The position numbers were made by a program, and so were the translations under genes. A stretch of DNA of 54,420 bases, filler included, from Circinaria calcarea (lineage: Eukaryota), in assembly GCA_051942165.1 (NCBI GenBank). It is 3 parts of 3 records of this genome, joined end to end, with 100 filler letters (N's around TTAATTAATTAA, not from the genome) between each part and the next. Parts side by side here need not be neighbours in the genome. Positions count along the whole stretch, not along the records: positions 1 to 18,107 come from JAVECS010000243.1; positions 18,208 to 36,283 come from JAVECS010000244.1; 1 more part is not named here. One strand, written 5' to 3'. Shown here piece after piece: positions 11,112 to 22,912 of this stretch (the first letter of the stretch is position 1; each line of letters begins with the position of its first letter). Below the pieces are notes generated by a model that saw nothing but the letters and a program-made list of their open reading frames with translations, had not been told where the DNA came from and searched no databases.

Positions 11112-13997
11112 TTACTGCCCATGCCCTGGCGTCACTCCGTTCAATTGACTGGCCGACATGCCGTTGCTCGACTGAGCTGGAGCTGGTTTAGACGGTCCAG
11201 GCGTCGGCTGCGGTGTCCCAGAGCCCTGCCTCGCAGTATTCATCCTGATCTGCTGGGCCAACTGTTGCTTCTGACGATCCATCAACATCGCCTGCTCCTC
11301 GGCGGTCAAGTGAATGTGCTGCCCCACGGTCCCGACCGCATTGTTGAGCTGAATGGCACCACTGTTGGCATTCGCAATCTGGGACGATTGCGGTTTATAC
11401 GGGGGGCGCGGCTGACTCTGACCAGGGGGTAAACTGGGCCCAGAGAACGAAGTCCGATGATGGTATGCATTGTAGCCTACCGATGGATTCTGGGGTGACG
11501 CACTCCGACCACTGGGCATAAGGGGGTAGCCGGGGGGCTGCGTGTTCTGTACGCGTTGCTGGTAACCGGGTTGACTAGGTCGCTGATGTTGTGATCCTTG
11601 AATTGGAGCAGGCGAGGTGGCTTGCTGACTTGCAGCATACTGTTGGCTGTACGACGAATAACCATTCGGGATTGGTTGCGGGCGGTGTCCGTTCGTGTAT
11701 TGGCCGTGATGAGCTTGAGACGTTTGATAATTGTACTGGGGAGTAGGATAGGAATGACGATTGGAGCTGGACGGTGCTTGTTGCGACACCGTTGGGTACG
11801 ACGCGTGCGTCGTGTATTGAGTCGCGGAAGATGTCGGTCGTCCGGAGTATGGCTGAGACGGATAGGTTGCAGGTGGAGCGGTTGCTCTGACTGGTGCCTG
11901 GGATGAATAAGTTGCACGTGGGCTCGCGTTGACAAGTGATTGCTGATAGTGGCTACTCCGTGCAGATGTGCTGGCTGTGGGAGTCATTGTGCGTGTTGAT
12001 GAACCTACCGTAGCAGGCGCGGTTGCAGCTCTGATCTTTGTCGCTGATTCAACATCCTCCATTGTCCCATGGTAGTTTCGCGCTTCAGTTGGTATCCTTG
12101 TACTAATGCTAAGAGCTTCTAACTGTTCACCGTTAAGCTTTGCGACAGCATATGGTGGTAAGGCGGAAATCATCAAGGACAGTTGAGATTTCAATACATT
12201 GTAGATTTCAACTTCAGTAGATGATGGGCCTGACGGGCTGCCAGACATTGCCGTGAGTGGTAGGTTCTGGTTAGCAGATTTTCGCGCATTTGTATGCAAA
12301 GAGAGGTTCCGAACATGCTGATGTGAACTTAATGTTTCGAGCAATTCAGAAATCTCCTTGAGTATATCTTGTACGTCCTTCTCGGCCTCCTGCTCGGCTT
12401 TGGCTTCCTTCGTCGAAACCTTGAATTCTGACGGCATGTCTTCAGGTGTCCAGGTTTCAACGGCTTCCTTGAACAATGCATCCTCGCTGGTCTCCAGAGG
12501 GCTTTGAAAGTCATCTACTTCCGAAACTGAATCATCGTGTAATGTGGTATCAGTCTGCGCCCAAACATCTTGCAGCTTCCTCTGACCAAAACGTTTCCAC
12601 CATAACCTATTCTTGAGCTTTTCTGGCACTAGAGCCGCTGTGTTGTCGTGATCCGGCGCAAAACTTGAGTACACGCTTCTGAAAAGAGCTTCTTCTCTCT
12701 CCTGATAGTGTGCTTCCATTACTCCTCGAGATAACGTAGTTTTAGACTCGCCTTGACTCAAAGCCCGATCTCGTTGCTTGCGCTTGGCTTCTGGCGTCGA
12801 AAGCTGCTTGGGCGAAGGCGCAATGTTGTAAGTGAGCCACTGGCCAGTTGTGAGAGGCTGCGTAGTGAAAGTCCCTCGGCCACCTCGTCGTCCAGGTGTT
12901 GGAGCCTCACTTGGATTGAACCATTCTACATGTTGGCCGCGAGTGACTGTATGCTTTGATGGTTCAGGAGGGTTAAGAGGTTTGATATTGCTTCCAGCAG
13001 TGAAAATGTCACCTATAGTCCAAGATTTTGTCTTCTCTTCTTTCACACTTGTACTATGGATTGGAATGACTTTTGTTGTAGAGATCCCGTTCGGTAAAGC
13101 TGTTTCTCGTAGAGTCGGGAAATTCATGATAGAGCTTGCTCCAAGGATCTCCGCATCTTCAACGGGAATATCGCTTTCAGAGACCTGTGATGCTTTCGAT
13201 GGGTTAACCGTTTTTGCTTCCTGTAAGCTAGAGAAGAGCTGTCTTGGTTGAGACGCCGAAGAAAGTAACGTCAAGACTGTTCTCCCGTTACTATCAGCGC
13301 TAGTCGAAGACAGAGCTTTTGCAGTATCGTCTCTCTGTCCTTGGTCATCTTCAGACGGAGGTGGAGCATCGGCTCCAAGGATATCAAGACTCCGCGGCCT
13401 CTGGATCACTTCTCTTCGAAGAATACTGCTGAGCTCTTTTCTGAACGCCGAAATCTTGAGCGACTCTTGGCTATGCCCGTTAATTCCATTGATAGAGCAT
13501 GAGCCCGTGATATGCCCGTCATTGACTTGCTCCTTATTGCTGATCGTGGATACCGCGACGTCGACATCGTGGAGCAGTTCTTCGATGTTCTGGTATGACT
13601 GAGACTTAATCTCTGCAGCGATCGTGGTTGACTCTGCTTGGGGCGATAGCTTTGGCCGCTTTGCCGAGTGTTTGCCAACTGTACTCGCCGGGATAGGGCA
13701 TTCTAGTAACGATGGTCTGGTGTCGTATCTACATGGAAGAAGTCAGCCGAATCCTGCGGTCGCTCTTTGCGTCTAAGGCCGGACCAACACATACCGTTTC
13801 ATAACTTCATACACATCCAAGAGTAATGCGCCCAACTGCCCTTCCTTCTTCTCCGAACCATTATGACGTTCACCATCACCAATTACAGATTGCGCCTCGT
13901 CCAGACCTTCCGGGCGTTTTCGCTTCCCAATTGTCTGTGCGGTGTCTGTGTTGTCGTATAGCAGCGGCGGAGTCTGCAGGCCGTTTGGTATTGACAT
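11112..13997 (-). CDS. Conserved fungal nuclear protein, putative Rsc58/BRD7-9-like chromatin-remodelling subunit; 2 exons (13997-13795, 13728-11112)
   Basis: Intron 13794-13729 (GTATGT..GCTGAC..TAG) joins the frames. Shows KRKR NLS, bromodomain-like TTIAAEIKSQSYQNIEELLHDVD, WLTY...FRSVYSSFAPDHD motif and a Q/P/S/Y-rich low-complexity C-terminus. The CDS is secure; the function is inferred. Confidence 0.7.
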
Positions 13998-14579
13998 GTT
14001 GCAAGACGAGACTCAACGCGATAGCCTAGCGAGAACTGCAAGTGACCTGAGATTAACCTCCGCTTTGTGGGTAGAGAGGAGTTGATGTGTGGAACGTCCC
14101 GGTGATTGGTTGCGAACCAAGATGTACCGTGAAGATAAATCAACCCGCTGTGTTCTGTGGACGAGGACGTGCTCGACCTGCTGCGACAATATGAGGACTA
14201 TCTGGCATTCACCAGGCTTTCCTCGTTTGGCGTTCCTCTTCGGGCGTCGCGAAGCAGCAAGGGGAACTGGAACGCAGGATATCAAGACAACACGGTAGAG
14301 TAACACAACCGAAGTCGACACACCACATACCAAATAGACGATAGCGTCGAGCCCCAGCTACAAAGTCAGCATTTTGCAAAAGCCAGCCGGTGCTGTTCGA
14401 TTTGGCATATAGAGCATTCCGTAGAGGATGCATTGCAGAGGGTGGAACGGGCCGATATATCTGCCGCTAGCGAGTGGTTGATGGTTGTGGAACTTGGCAA
14501 TTGGATTTTGCTGTTTTACAACTTTTATCAGCATTTCTCTTCTTGGAAGACATTAGAGTCCGTCGTCGGCCTTTGATGA

Positions 14580-17500
14580 ATGCTATTACGGATATGGTCG
14601 AAACAGCATTACGCTCGCAATAATGTGATAGCGGTGTCGGCATGGCAATTCCCACGTTCGAGACGGTCACTATGGCCCTGTTGTGGAGAATTGTTGTCCT
14701 GTCCTCGACGAGCCTACCAGAACCCACGAGGATGTGCTGCGTCGGTGGGAGTATCCATTCCGAAAAACACTATTCTTATGGGTGATATCTGTCCAAGTAT
14801 CTCGCCGCCCGTTGTTAGATCTGGTCATCATCACCCCACAAAGCCCAGGAGCAAAACACAAACCATTCATAGACGTTCGCAACATGGTCCGGTCTTCTCA
14901 ACCTCATTCAGTCCCACGCACGTCTTAATCTCCGCACTGAAAGAGTCGGGTCATCATTCGGCAATACCAGAGAAGACAAGAAACAAGGTGGATCTTTCCA
15001 TTGTCTCGCCATTTTCAACAAAGCGGCAGAGACGTGCCAGCCTGCAACGGCAGCTCATGTCAAGCACGACCCCCAAATCTCAACGCAATCATGAGATAAG
15101 CTTACAATGGATATTGGCCCAGTATATCAGGAGAGTAGATCCAATATTGGATCCCGATTCTTTGAAAAACGCAGACATCTATGACAACAGACAGTTAGAT
15201 CATACACTTCTGCACGTCTTCAACACGGCTACATTGAACTTTCTTCGTTCCAAAGGCTTTGAGAGCTCAGATGTAGTAACTTGGGCGTGGATCATTACAG
15301 CCAAGACTTCTCAACAGGCAGCACTAAGGTTGTTAATGATATCGAACAGCACATTGGGAAAGAATACTCTCTCAAGTAATCCAGTACCTACTTTTGTGTT
15401 CCTCTTCCTCCTTCGCCGCCGTCATATGACGGCGCATGCCCTGAGGTATCTTATTGTTCATGCATGGGAACGACTCCGGAATCGATGCTATCCCCGATGG
15501 ACTTCAATAGTTAAGGAGAAGCTACCACAAAATCTCACATTTGACGCTTGGTTCGACAAGGGATGGAAATCCTTGACCAAATACGAGACGCACTATCTCG
15601 AAATGTCAGAGCCGACTATGGTAACTATGATAGTCCGATTACTAAGACATGCTCGCAAAGTCTGGCCTGCAGCTATAATCAGTATTGCAAAGATGTTGAC
15701 CAACCATCTCGATAGCAGTGGCAGAGATCATGAATTAAATACCAACGTCTCTCGTCGCCTTAGTCTTCTTTACAATAGGGCGTTATCACTCCTAGCGTTG
15801 CCTTCCCAGCAGCATCCATTGCGCTCCATACCCTATCATCAGCGGGCACAGTTCAACGTGCTCAGGAGAATGAATGAGTTTAAACCTGCATTAATTGTCA
15901 ACCGAGAGGGGTATCGGGCAGTAATCCGGGTACAGGCTGCACATCGAAAGACTTTACGGGAGTTCGAGTGGGCTGACTTGAAAGCTAAGTCTTGGCCGCC
16001 ATGGAAAGAAGAAAAGCTTGGGTTGGACGTCGACAAAGGTGTTGAGTTGGGTATTAGTCGGGCCACAGGGTCCATGTCTAGACTGAAAGAGGCTGGCTAT
16101 AGGGCCTGCGCCTGGGAGAATACCGCAAATATATATGCTGGCTGGGATACAGACCGAAGCCCTACTATCCAAACACGTGTCGTCCTTCCACTTTATCTTG
16201 AAACCCGTAAGGATCAGACTCCAAGTCAACCAAAACTCAACAATCTAGGTAAAAATGATGAGGTAGGCGGCATATGGGCAGCGAGGATCCGCTCTACAAG
16301 GACCCTCAACGAGGCATGGGCTTGTTTTTTATCGTACGAGGATCATAAGCCTCCACCAACGATAGAGGTTTACTTTGCAATGTTCGAGAAAATTTTCTTT
16401 GAGAACAAAAGGTGTCGTGACAAAAGCAAAGTTGCCGGAGACGATAGGATCGATAATCTGACAATATCATCTCGTCCGATGCCTGGTGACGGCAAAGAGG
16501 TGGTCATGCCTTCAATCTCTCCAAGGAATCTAACTTACACTCGTACCCAACCACCAAGCTTAGCTAGGCTCTTCGACCAAATGATAGCAGACGGTATAAA
16601 GCCCTCCGGTCGTTGTTTGGCATTTCTCATCAAACACGCAGACTCGTTCGGTACGGGGTTAAAGTACTTGCGGTTGAGTTCTCTACCGGGAAATGTCGTT
16701 CAACTCCTATCAGGCCATCAAGTTCCCGATTCATTTGAAAGCCATGAAACGCTTCAGACACTGCCAGACTACTTATTCGGCGCGCACATCACGTTCTTGA
16801 GTCGCTTTGGGTCTTGGGATTCGCAAAGAGGACGACAGCCCATACCGAGACTTGGGTATGGAGGAAATGTTCAGCTTATGTATAATAGGATAACCTCGAA
16901 CCATCAAAGTACGCGCAAGAATCCACTCCTAATCGCATTACGACTCATGCTAGCCTGTAAGCCATACTATCGACCTCCATGGTACTCACTTCTGGCAGCA
17001 TTCACGCATTCCCGAAGAAGTGACAGCAGCCTTGTTTGCGGTCACGACGCTGATGTTGATGATATGCTAAGTTGGAAACTTGCGGTGGAGCTGATAAACC
17101 ATATGGATGAGATCGAACTCGATCTGGACTTTGAGGGCTTTCAAATCATCTGTGTGAATCTAGAAAAGACCATTCGAGCATGCCATGGTATTTTAGCTCA
17201 AATGACGCGAAGGCCTGTTCTTATAACAGATATTTGTTACGAGAGGGAAACTGCAGTCAATACCTTGGGCGATACGCGTCGGCAACTGAAATTTCAAGCA
17301 GAGGAGGTTCTAGTTGAAGGTCCAAATCGAGTGAAAGCAATTTTTAAGAGACTTGTTTCAGGGCAATCTCAAGATGTTCAGCATGACAATGGTGAAGGGT
17401 TCTTTAAAGGAAGTCTGTCGCAGCAAGATACTATCAATCCCGCACTGTTGCTCCCAACACTGCTCGAGATCCCAGGCCCTGCACAACTTCACGCTTTCAT

Positions 17501-17846
17501 TCGGGTGCTTGGGCTCAGTAAGGACTATATAGGTATACAAGGCATAGTCAAGTGGATGGCTCACTTTGATAAAGAGCTCAAGTCTGTGGCTGACGAACTG
17601 AGCAATGGATCGACTATGATGCGACGTTCACTGATAGCTATCCGTGTCTTCTTGGAGCGAAGCTGGACGTATTATGGAGTGGCTGAGGATGACGAAAAGG
17701 ATGGTCTGGCGCAGATCGTTGATGAGGAAACTTCGGAGGCTGTTCTGCAGAAAGTCTACGAGATTATCGAAAGCGTCGAGGGTTGGGGTGGATGGCCAAC
17801 GGATGATGAGGTTGAGGCTTATTGTCGTAATGGTAGATTCCTGTAG
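14580..17846 (+). CDS. Large intronless helical-repeat protein, probably mitochondrial PPR-like RNA-binding protein (1088 aa)
   Basis: Long ORF with an R/S-rich presequence-like N-terminus and PPR-like segments (PPPTIEVYFAMF; ARLFDQMIADGIKPSGRCLAFLI). Divergent from the upstream gene. Confidence 0.65.
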   Translation: MLLRIWSKQHYARNNVIAVSAWQFPRSRRSLWPCCGELLSCPRRAYQNPRGCAASVGVSIPKNTILMGDICPSISPPVVRSGHHHPTKPRSKTQTIHRRSQHGPVFSTSFSPTHVLISALKESGHHSAIPEKTRNKVDLSIVSPFSTKRQRRASLQRQLMSSTTPKSQRNHEISLQWILAQYIRRVDPILDPDSLKNADIYDNRQLDHTLLHVFNTATLNFLRSKGFESSDVVTWAWIITAKTSQQAALRLLMISNSTLGKNTLSSNPVPTFVFLFLLRRRHMTAHALRYLIVHAWERLRNRCYPRWTSIVKEKLPQNLTFDAWFDKGWKSLTKYETHYLEMSEPTMVTMIVRLLRHARKVWPAAIISIAKMLTNHLDSSGRDHELNTNVSRRLSLLYNRALSLLALPSQQHPLRSIPYHQRAQFNVLRRMNEFKPALIVNREGYRAVIRVQAAHRKTLREFEWADLKAKSWPPWKEEKLGLDVDKGVELGISRATGSMSRLKEAGYRACAWENTANIYAGWDTDRSPTIQTRVVLPLYLETRKDQTPSQPKLNNLGKNDEVGGIWAARIRSTRTLNEAWACFLSYEDHKPPPTIEVYFAMFEKIFFENKRCRDKSKVAGDDRIDNLTISSRPMPGDGKEVVMPSISPRNLTYTRTQPPSLARLFDQMIADGIKPSGRCLAFLIKHADSFGTGLKYLRLSSLPGNVVQLLSGHQVPDSFESHETLQTLPDYLFGAHITFLSRFGSWDSQRGRQPIPRLGYGGNVQLMYNRITSNHQSTRKNPLLIALRLMLACKPYYRPPWYSLLAAFTHSRRSDSSLVCGHDADVDDMLSWKLAVELINHMDEIELDLDFEGFQIICVNLEKTIRACHGILAQMTRRPVLITDICYERETAVNTLGDTRRQLKFQAEEVLVEGPNRVKAIFKRLVSGQSQDVQHDNGEGFFKGSLSQQDTINPALLLPTLLEIPGPAQLHAFIRVLGLSKDYIGIQGIVKWMAHFDKELKSVADELSNGSTMMRRSLIAIRVFLERSWTYYGVAEDDEKDGLAQIVDEETSEAVLQKVYEIIESVEGWGGWPTDDEVEAYCRNGRFL

Positions 17847-18107
17847 AGGTGGAGTTTACTGGGAGAGGAGCTTAACCTGGAACGAAGACAATCTTCATCA
17901 CCTCTCGAGAGCCTCTCTCTACACAACGTAATCAAGCGGCGATGCAAATATAAATATTTATCAGTCTCCGGGATATCATACTTCTCGCAACTAGGCCTCT
18001 TTTCCATTCGCTTCTTCCTTCCCTATTAACATAACGGATTGTCGTCCTTACCAAACAATACAGTCATGCTTCCCCACTCCCTCTCACGCCACCCAACCCT
18101 CCCCCTC

Positions 18108-18207
18108 NNNNNNNNNNNNNNNNNNNNNNNNNNNNNNNNNNNNNNNNNNNNTTAATTAATTAANNNNNNNNNNNNNNNNNNNNNNNNNNNNNNNNNNNNN
18201 NNNNNNN
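18108..18207. other. Artificial contig spacer N44-TTAATTAATTAA-N44 (six-frame stop linker)
   Basis: Exactly 100 bp; the 12-mer at 18152-18163 gives stops in all six frames; identical to the spacer at 36284-36383. Confidence 0.97.
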
Positions 18208-18416
18208 AAGTTCGTGTGAACACTACAGATTTGCTTAACAAAAACTGGATATATTCAAGCAATTTCCTTTTTTTCTAAAGACTATTCGACAATCGTGGCA
18301 GTAGAATTCAAATGAGATTGCGATGCATGGAATGTCATAACGCCTACTCCTAAAAAACAGATTTTGCTCCTTTTAGACACGCTTTTTTGGTCCCCGGTTT
18401 CTTACCTACAGCAAAC

Positions 18417-21400
18417 ATGGCAGATGACCTCCTGAGTGCCATAGAATCTATTCATATCAGCTCGCGAGAGAAAAAGGATCTTTGCGAAGATAGTCTTAAG
18501 GCCTTTCTCTTAGAACCACGCCCTCAAAAGAAACTTAGACCGATCCCTGGAAAACTCAAGCAACAGCTCGAGGATGAGTTTCTAAGTCCGCCTACGACAT
18601 TCAGCGCTGAGTGGCTTAATAGATTACAGCAGTAAGGCCCCAACCTCTATAGTTATAAACTCACCCACTCACGCAGGCTATAGAAGATGGGACGCTCCTC
18701 TAGACTACACAGGACTTTTTCAAATGGCGCCAACGCAGACCCGCACAATAACACGGTTCACTCGGGAGGGTCTTGAGGGAAGAGTTACGGGCTACAAGGA
18801 ATTAACGGTTCCTGCGAACAGCGCTACTGCTAAGAACTCTACCTCGTTACTGCGAAAGCCGGCCAACCGAGCAGAATTTGTTCGCGGAGCAGCTGGGTTT
18901 TTCCCGTTCGTACCAGGGGGCCTTGATGGCATTCAAGCTGTTGCGGATCTAGAGGAGCAAGTCATTCAGGAAAGCAAAGGGGCTAACGGGACCAAGGCTA
19001 ATGCTTTAAACCGGGTCATTAACTTTGGTAACGAAGGTGGCCTCTTGGAGGTACCACCGGGCTTTGCACGAGGGCTTGATTTTGCAAAGGCGCGGAATGT
19101 AGTTGACGAACACGCCGCTCATCAAATAGAAGAGGCTCTTGGTGAAGAGCCAGAAGATGTAGTCGCTGAGGGCAATTTGGACGAAGTCCAGCTCAACGGA
19201 TTTTCTCCTGATGGTGACAATTCAGATGATGGGGGGCAGAGTGAAGCAGTGGAAGATGATATTGATTCCCTGCTACCTGTTGAATTCCCAGCGTTGGAAC
19301 CTCGCAGGCCGCTTGCAGTATCTCATATGAAAAGGGGTGGCCACGAGTGGGCGCACATGGTTGACGTTAATCGGGATATCACCAATTTCCGTGACCTGGT
19401 CCCTGATTTGGCAAGAGAATGGCCGTTTGAGCTTGACACGTTCCAGAAAGAAGCAGTATATCATCTTGAAAACGGTGATTCCGTCTTCGTTGCAGCACAC
19501 ACTTCTGCTGGCAAAACAGTTGTTGCAGAGTATGCTATAGCTTTAGCTGCTAAGCACATGACCAAAGCCGTCTACACGTCTCCAATCAAAGCTCTAAGTA
19601 ACCAGAAGTTTCGCGACTTCCGACATGAGTTCGAAGATGTTGGAATCCTGACTGGAGATGTTCAGATCCGACCAGAGGCGAGTTGCTTAATCATGACTAC
19701 GGAAATCTTGCGGAGCATGCTATACCGAGGAGCAGATCTGATAAGAGACGTTGAGTATGTGATATTTGATGAGGTGCACTATGTCAATGATCTTGAGCGA
19801 GGTGTTGTCTGGGAAGAGGTCATTATCATGCTCCCAGAGCATGTAACTTTAATTCTGCTTTCAGCAACAGTACCCAACACTTATGAGTTCGCATCGTGGG
19901 TCGGAAGGACGAAGAAAAAGGATATATATGTCATCTCAACACCGAAGCGTCCAGTGCCTTTGGAACATTATCTTTGGGCGAACAAGGCCATGTATAAGAT
20001 TGTCAATGCGGAGAAGCAGTTTCTCGAAAAAGGCTGGAAAGAAGCCAATAATGCTTTATCCGGAAAGGACAAGATTAAGGCTGTAACAGTAACTGAAGTT
20101 CTCCCGAGTCAACGTGGTGGTGCCAATGCTCGTTCTCGTAGCCAGATTCAGCGTGGTGGTTCACAGCGAGGCGGTCCCCAACAGCGCGGCCGAGGTTCAA
20201 CGCAACGAGGGATTGGTAATATTGCTCGTACCGGTCGAGGCGGCGGTCGTACAACTGCTGCCCAAGATCGAAACATCTGGGTTCATCTTGTTCAACATCT
20301 TAGGAAAGATGACCTTCTGCCTGCATGTATCTTCGTTTTTTCCAAGAAGCGGTGCGAGGAGAACGCTGATGCCCTTTCAAACCTGGATTTCTGTACCGCT
20401 GCTGAGAAAAGCGCGATACATATGATTATCGAGCGCTCTATTGCTCGACTAAAGCCAGAAGACCGCATACTTCCCCAGATCAGACGCCTGCGAGAGCTAT
20501 TGAGTAGAGGGATCGCAGTGCACCATGGAGGGTTACTACCCATTGTCAAGGAAGTTGTGGAGATACTGTTTGCCAAAACGCTAGTCAAGGTGCTCTTTGC
20601 AACAGAGACCTTTGCCATGGGCCTAAACCTCCCAACTCGTACTGTTGTTTTTTCAGGGTTTCGCAAGCATGACGGTAGAGCATTTCGACATCTCCTCCCT
20701 GGAGAATATACACAGATGGCTGGGCGAGCAGGCCGTCGGGGCCTCGACCCGGTTGGCAGTGTCATCATTGTTGCGACTGGGACTGATGAAGCTCCACCAG
20801 TGGCAACATTGAGACACATGATTCTGGGTGACCCGACCAAGCTGCGCTCGCAGTTCCGCCTTACATACAACATGATTCTTAATCTACTCCGCGTTGAGGC
20901 CCTAAAGATTGAAGAAATGATCAAAAGAAGTTTTAGTGAAAACGCAACTCAAGCGCTGTTGCCACAGCACGAGAAGCAAGTCAAATTATCCGAAGCTGAC
21001 CTAGTGAAAATAAAGAGGGAGCCCTGCGACATCTGCGACGTTGACATCAACCAATGCCATGAAGCATCTATGAGCTTTCAATCGGCGACAGTCGACGTAC
21101 ATCTCGGACTTCTGGCTTCTCCAATCGGTAGACGCATGTTTTCCGCGAAGCGGCTGGTAGCTTATCGTAAAGTAGTAATACGTGTATCTTAATTTTCTCC
21201 GACGTACTGACAATTCTCCTAGGATGGTGTCCGTATGGCTGGAGTACTTCTTCACGATGGAATCGGCAGAGGATCCCCACCAGCTATAGAGGTGCTTTCT
21301 ATGGGAAGCTCTGTAACAAGTAGACAATCAAGCGATCTTTTACCTTTTGTACCTAAATTCAAACCGTTCTTTACAGCATTGCCGAAGACACCGGTAGAAA

Positions 21401-22525
21401 TAAGTTTGAAACCCGTTAGAATCCCTTTGGGTGACGTTGAGTGCATTACAAAGACTACGGTCAAGGTTAGAAGACAGTTTTAGAACATCGAAGCCGAAGT
21501 AGTTACTAATATTGGGTAACAGATTAACCTGACCGAGATATTGAACCATAGAGAAGAGGCAGTCAAGTTTGCAAAGCAGGAACTGTGCAAGTTCTCTGTT
21601 TCATGGGAATCACCGTGTTGGACCGAGCTCGATTGGTTAAATCGTATTAAGGAGGTCCAACTCCGAGATATCCTGGAAGCCCGAAAGCAGCAGTTGAGCA
21701 CCATTGAGAATTCTCAATGTGTACAATGTCCGAACTTTGTGAAGCACGTATGTAGCCTGGAATTACCTTTGAAGCACAAGTTGACACTCTGAAGTTTGCC
21801 ATGTGCCATGATGAATGGCTTATCAAGGAGAACATCTTGCAGCTACGGCAGATCATGTCTGATCAAAACTTACAGCTTCTGCCAGATTACGAGCAGCGTA
21901 TCTTAGTTTTGAAAGATCTCGGCTTTGTCGATGAGAACTCCCGGGTTGAGCTGAAAGGGAAAGTAGCTTGTGAAGTCAGTCAAGAATGATCGGATCTGCA
22001 ATCGCCGTACTGACGGTCTCTTAGATCCATTCCGCCGACGAATTAGTACTTACAGAGTTGATACTCGAGAACGTACTAGCCGACTTTGAGCCCGAGGAGA
22101 TCGTGGCACTTCTCTCGGCCTTTGTTTTCCAAGAGAAAACGGATGTGGAACCAAGCTTGACGGCTAGCCTGGAGAAAGGCAAAGAGACCATCATCAACAT
22201 CTCCCACAAAGTCAACGCTTTTCAGACGGAGCATCAGGTGATCTTATCAAGCGACGATTCGAATGATTTCGTTAGCCGCCCCCGCTTCGGTCTTGTCGAG
22301 GTTGTATACGAGTGGGCGAGGGGAATGTCTTTCAACAGAATTACGGATCTTACGGATGTGCTGGAAGGAACGATTGTACGTGTCATCACAAGACTCGATG
22401 AGACTTGTCGCGAGGTGAAGAACGCAGCCAGGATAATTGGGGATCCAACGCTGTTTACCAAGATGCAGACAGCACAGGAGATGATTAAGAGGGACATTAC
22501 CGCGGTGGCTTCGCTGTATATGTAG
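18417..22525 (+). CDS. SKI2: Ski2 DExH-box RNA helicase (SKI complex, cytoplasmic exosome cofactor); about 6 exons
   Basis: Motifs [48 protein letters not shown]-rich insert, C-terminal [17 protein letters not shown]...SLYM*; canonical introns. Confidence 0.96.
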
Positions 22526-22912
22526 GGTTGCAGGTAGCGAGCGTAAAGCTTAGGCGGGCCATGCGGCTCGGTCTGTAACATAGATGTACTGAGGCGGGCG
22601 CGTGGACCTTTCCGCAATGCATTCGCGACACATGTCGTGATGCTGTATTTGATCGAACGTGGGCGGTAGTGAGACCCGGTGATCAGATCGGTCTGCAGAT
22701 GGCGCCCTCGTGGCACAACAAGCGACTACCAATCAACACCCAAACCCCGTCGGACCTTGTATTTATTTTGAAGACTTGGCCGTCAGAATCTGCATAACGA
22801 ACTGCGCCATCACCAACCCGCCCAAGAGCAGATGCTGCTTTCCATCGAGCTCATTGCTCTTCCCTCCGACACAAAGAGTACTGAGCACACCTTGCGGAGC
22901 GAGTAATCAAGG

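Noticed and set aside
18152..18163. TTAATTAATTAA as a biological motif or target-site duplication flanking the palindrome
   Set aside because: It is centred in exactly 44+44 Ns at both places, which marks it as a synthetic linker.
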